Origin: Trichoplax sp. H2 | Taxonomy: Eukaryota | NCBI GenBank assembly: GCA_003344405.1 | Contig: NOWV01000213.1 | Span: forward strand, 1-64,000 | Reading direction: 5' to 3' | DNA: 64,000 nucleotides | In this document: piece by piece, positions 63,040 to 64,000 of the stretch | How positions within the stretch are numbered: the first letter of the stretch is position 1 | Layout: every line of letters begins with the position of its first letter | Position numbers and translations under genes: made by a program | Notes under the pieces: model-generated | What the model saw: the letters and a program-made list of their open reading frames with translations, nothing else | The model's database searches: none | What the model was told of the DNA's origin: nothing

Positions 63040-64000
63040 CTTCGACGAACGACTCTCTCAAGTTCTCTTCATTTACATCATTTGGCTGTTAAAATCAAAT
63101 AAATCAGAAATTTACAAACGATTTATGAAATGTAAGTTGGAAAATATGGGTGAAATATTGATTATCTGATAGGGTCTATTAATATTTTAACTTACTAAAA
63201 ATATAGAACTTGAAATAACTTCAGTCGGTTTCCCGTTTTTCCCTTCACATTGTATGATTATTTGACAAAGTTCTGCTGGCTCATCATCAGACAGTTGACA
63301 TCGGTATGTGACTGAATAAATATTTCTCGCATTCCAGTTAATGTAAATATCTTTGATGCTATCTTTTGAATCAACTGAGTTATGAATTAGATAGCTCGAG
63401 AGAAATTTAATTTGATAGTAACCGTTCTTCAAGCAAGTAACATCTTCCAAATCATTAAATAATTCATGCTGCTCAACAGATTTATACCGCTTTGGTTCAT
63501 ATGGAATACCTTTTTGCGTAATAACAATTTCAATGAAAGCTGAGCCTTTGCCAGTTACCGATAGAAACACTCTGAAGTCAATCTGCTGCTGTAAGCGAAG
63601 ACTAAGAAATTGTGGACTTTTTGCACTGAAGTTCTTAGATGGCCGCTCAGAATGATTTATTCCAGCACAAAAGTAGGCAAAATGATCAATTTGGAAAACA
63701 CACGCTTTTTCTGTCCTTTTTAAAGGATTTCCAATATCATCATCTGTTGACCATTTTGCATACAGATTCTTGCCAGAAAACAATTGTATCAAGTTTTTTT
63801 CTTCATCATCTATCAAACTAGATGGTTTCGATTCCATTCCATGAAAGAAAGGCAATTGTAAAGTCGGATATTGCGAGTTCTTAATCAATTCTAAACGATC
63901 AGGCTCAATTCTAATAATTGGTGATAGCAGTGTTGCTTTAATATTTTGAATACCATAGTTGTACGGTGGATCTGCAAAATAAACGGTTATAGTAATTTCT
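63040..64000 (-). CDS. Cluster gene D (partial): ZU5/UPA exon plus a small downstream exon; 5' part outside the window
   Basis: Frame is open from the window end (EITITVYFADPPYNY...LLSPIIRIEPDRL...PTLQLP...FQIDHFAYF...LKNGYYQIKFLSSYL...ELCQI) to tta|gtaagt at 63196. The next exon is 63085-63040 (PNDVNEENLRESFVE). Clearly paralogous to the ZU5 exons of genes B and C. Confidence 0.8.

Overview
AT-rich eukaryotic genomic DNA with GT-AG spliceosomal introns. Gene content and style (compact genes, many 42-aa TPR ORFs, Roco-type proteins) suggest a basal metazoan, most likely a placozoan such as Trichoplax; this is an inference. The left half (1-29 kb) holds housekeeping genes reconstructed exon by exon: JKAMP (-), PPM1A/B phosphatase (+, with a frame break) and PET117 (-). 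It also has a catalytically dead, membrane-anchored cholinesterase-like (neuroligin-type) gene (-), several minisatellite arrays and one assembly gap. The right half (32-64 kb) is a tandem cluster of four related minus-strand genes built from exon-sized modules joined by phase-1 introns: (A) TPR array; (B) short TPR cap + degenerate ROC-COR + death-fold-like + ZU5/UPA; (C) TPR array + ZU5/UPA; (D) ZU5/UPA, running off the window. This cluster is the best candidate for an undescribed system, possibly an exon-shuffled intracellular sensor or death-scaffold family. A complete non-autonomous Helitron lies at 61.5-62.0 kb. All domain calls are by eye from motifs; no database searches were run.
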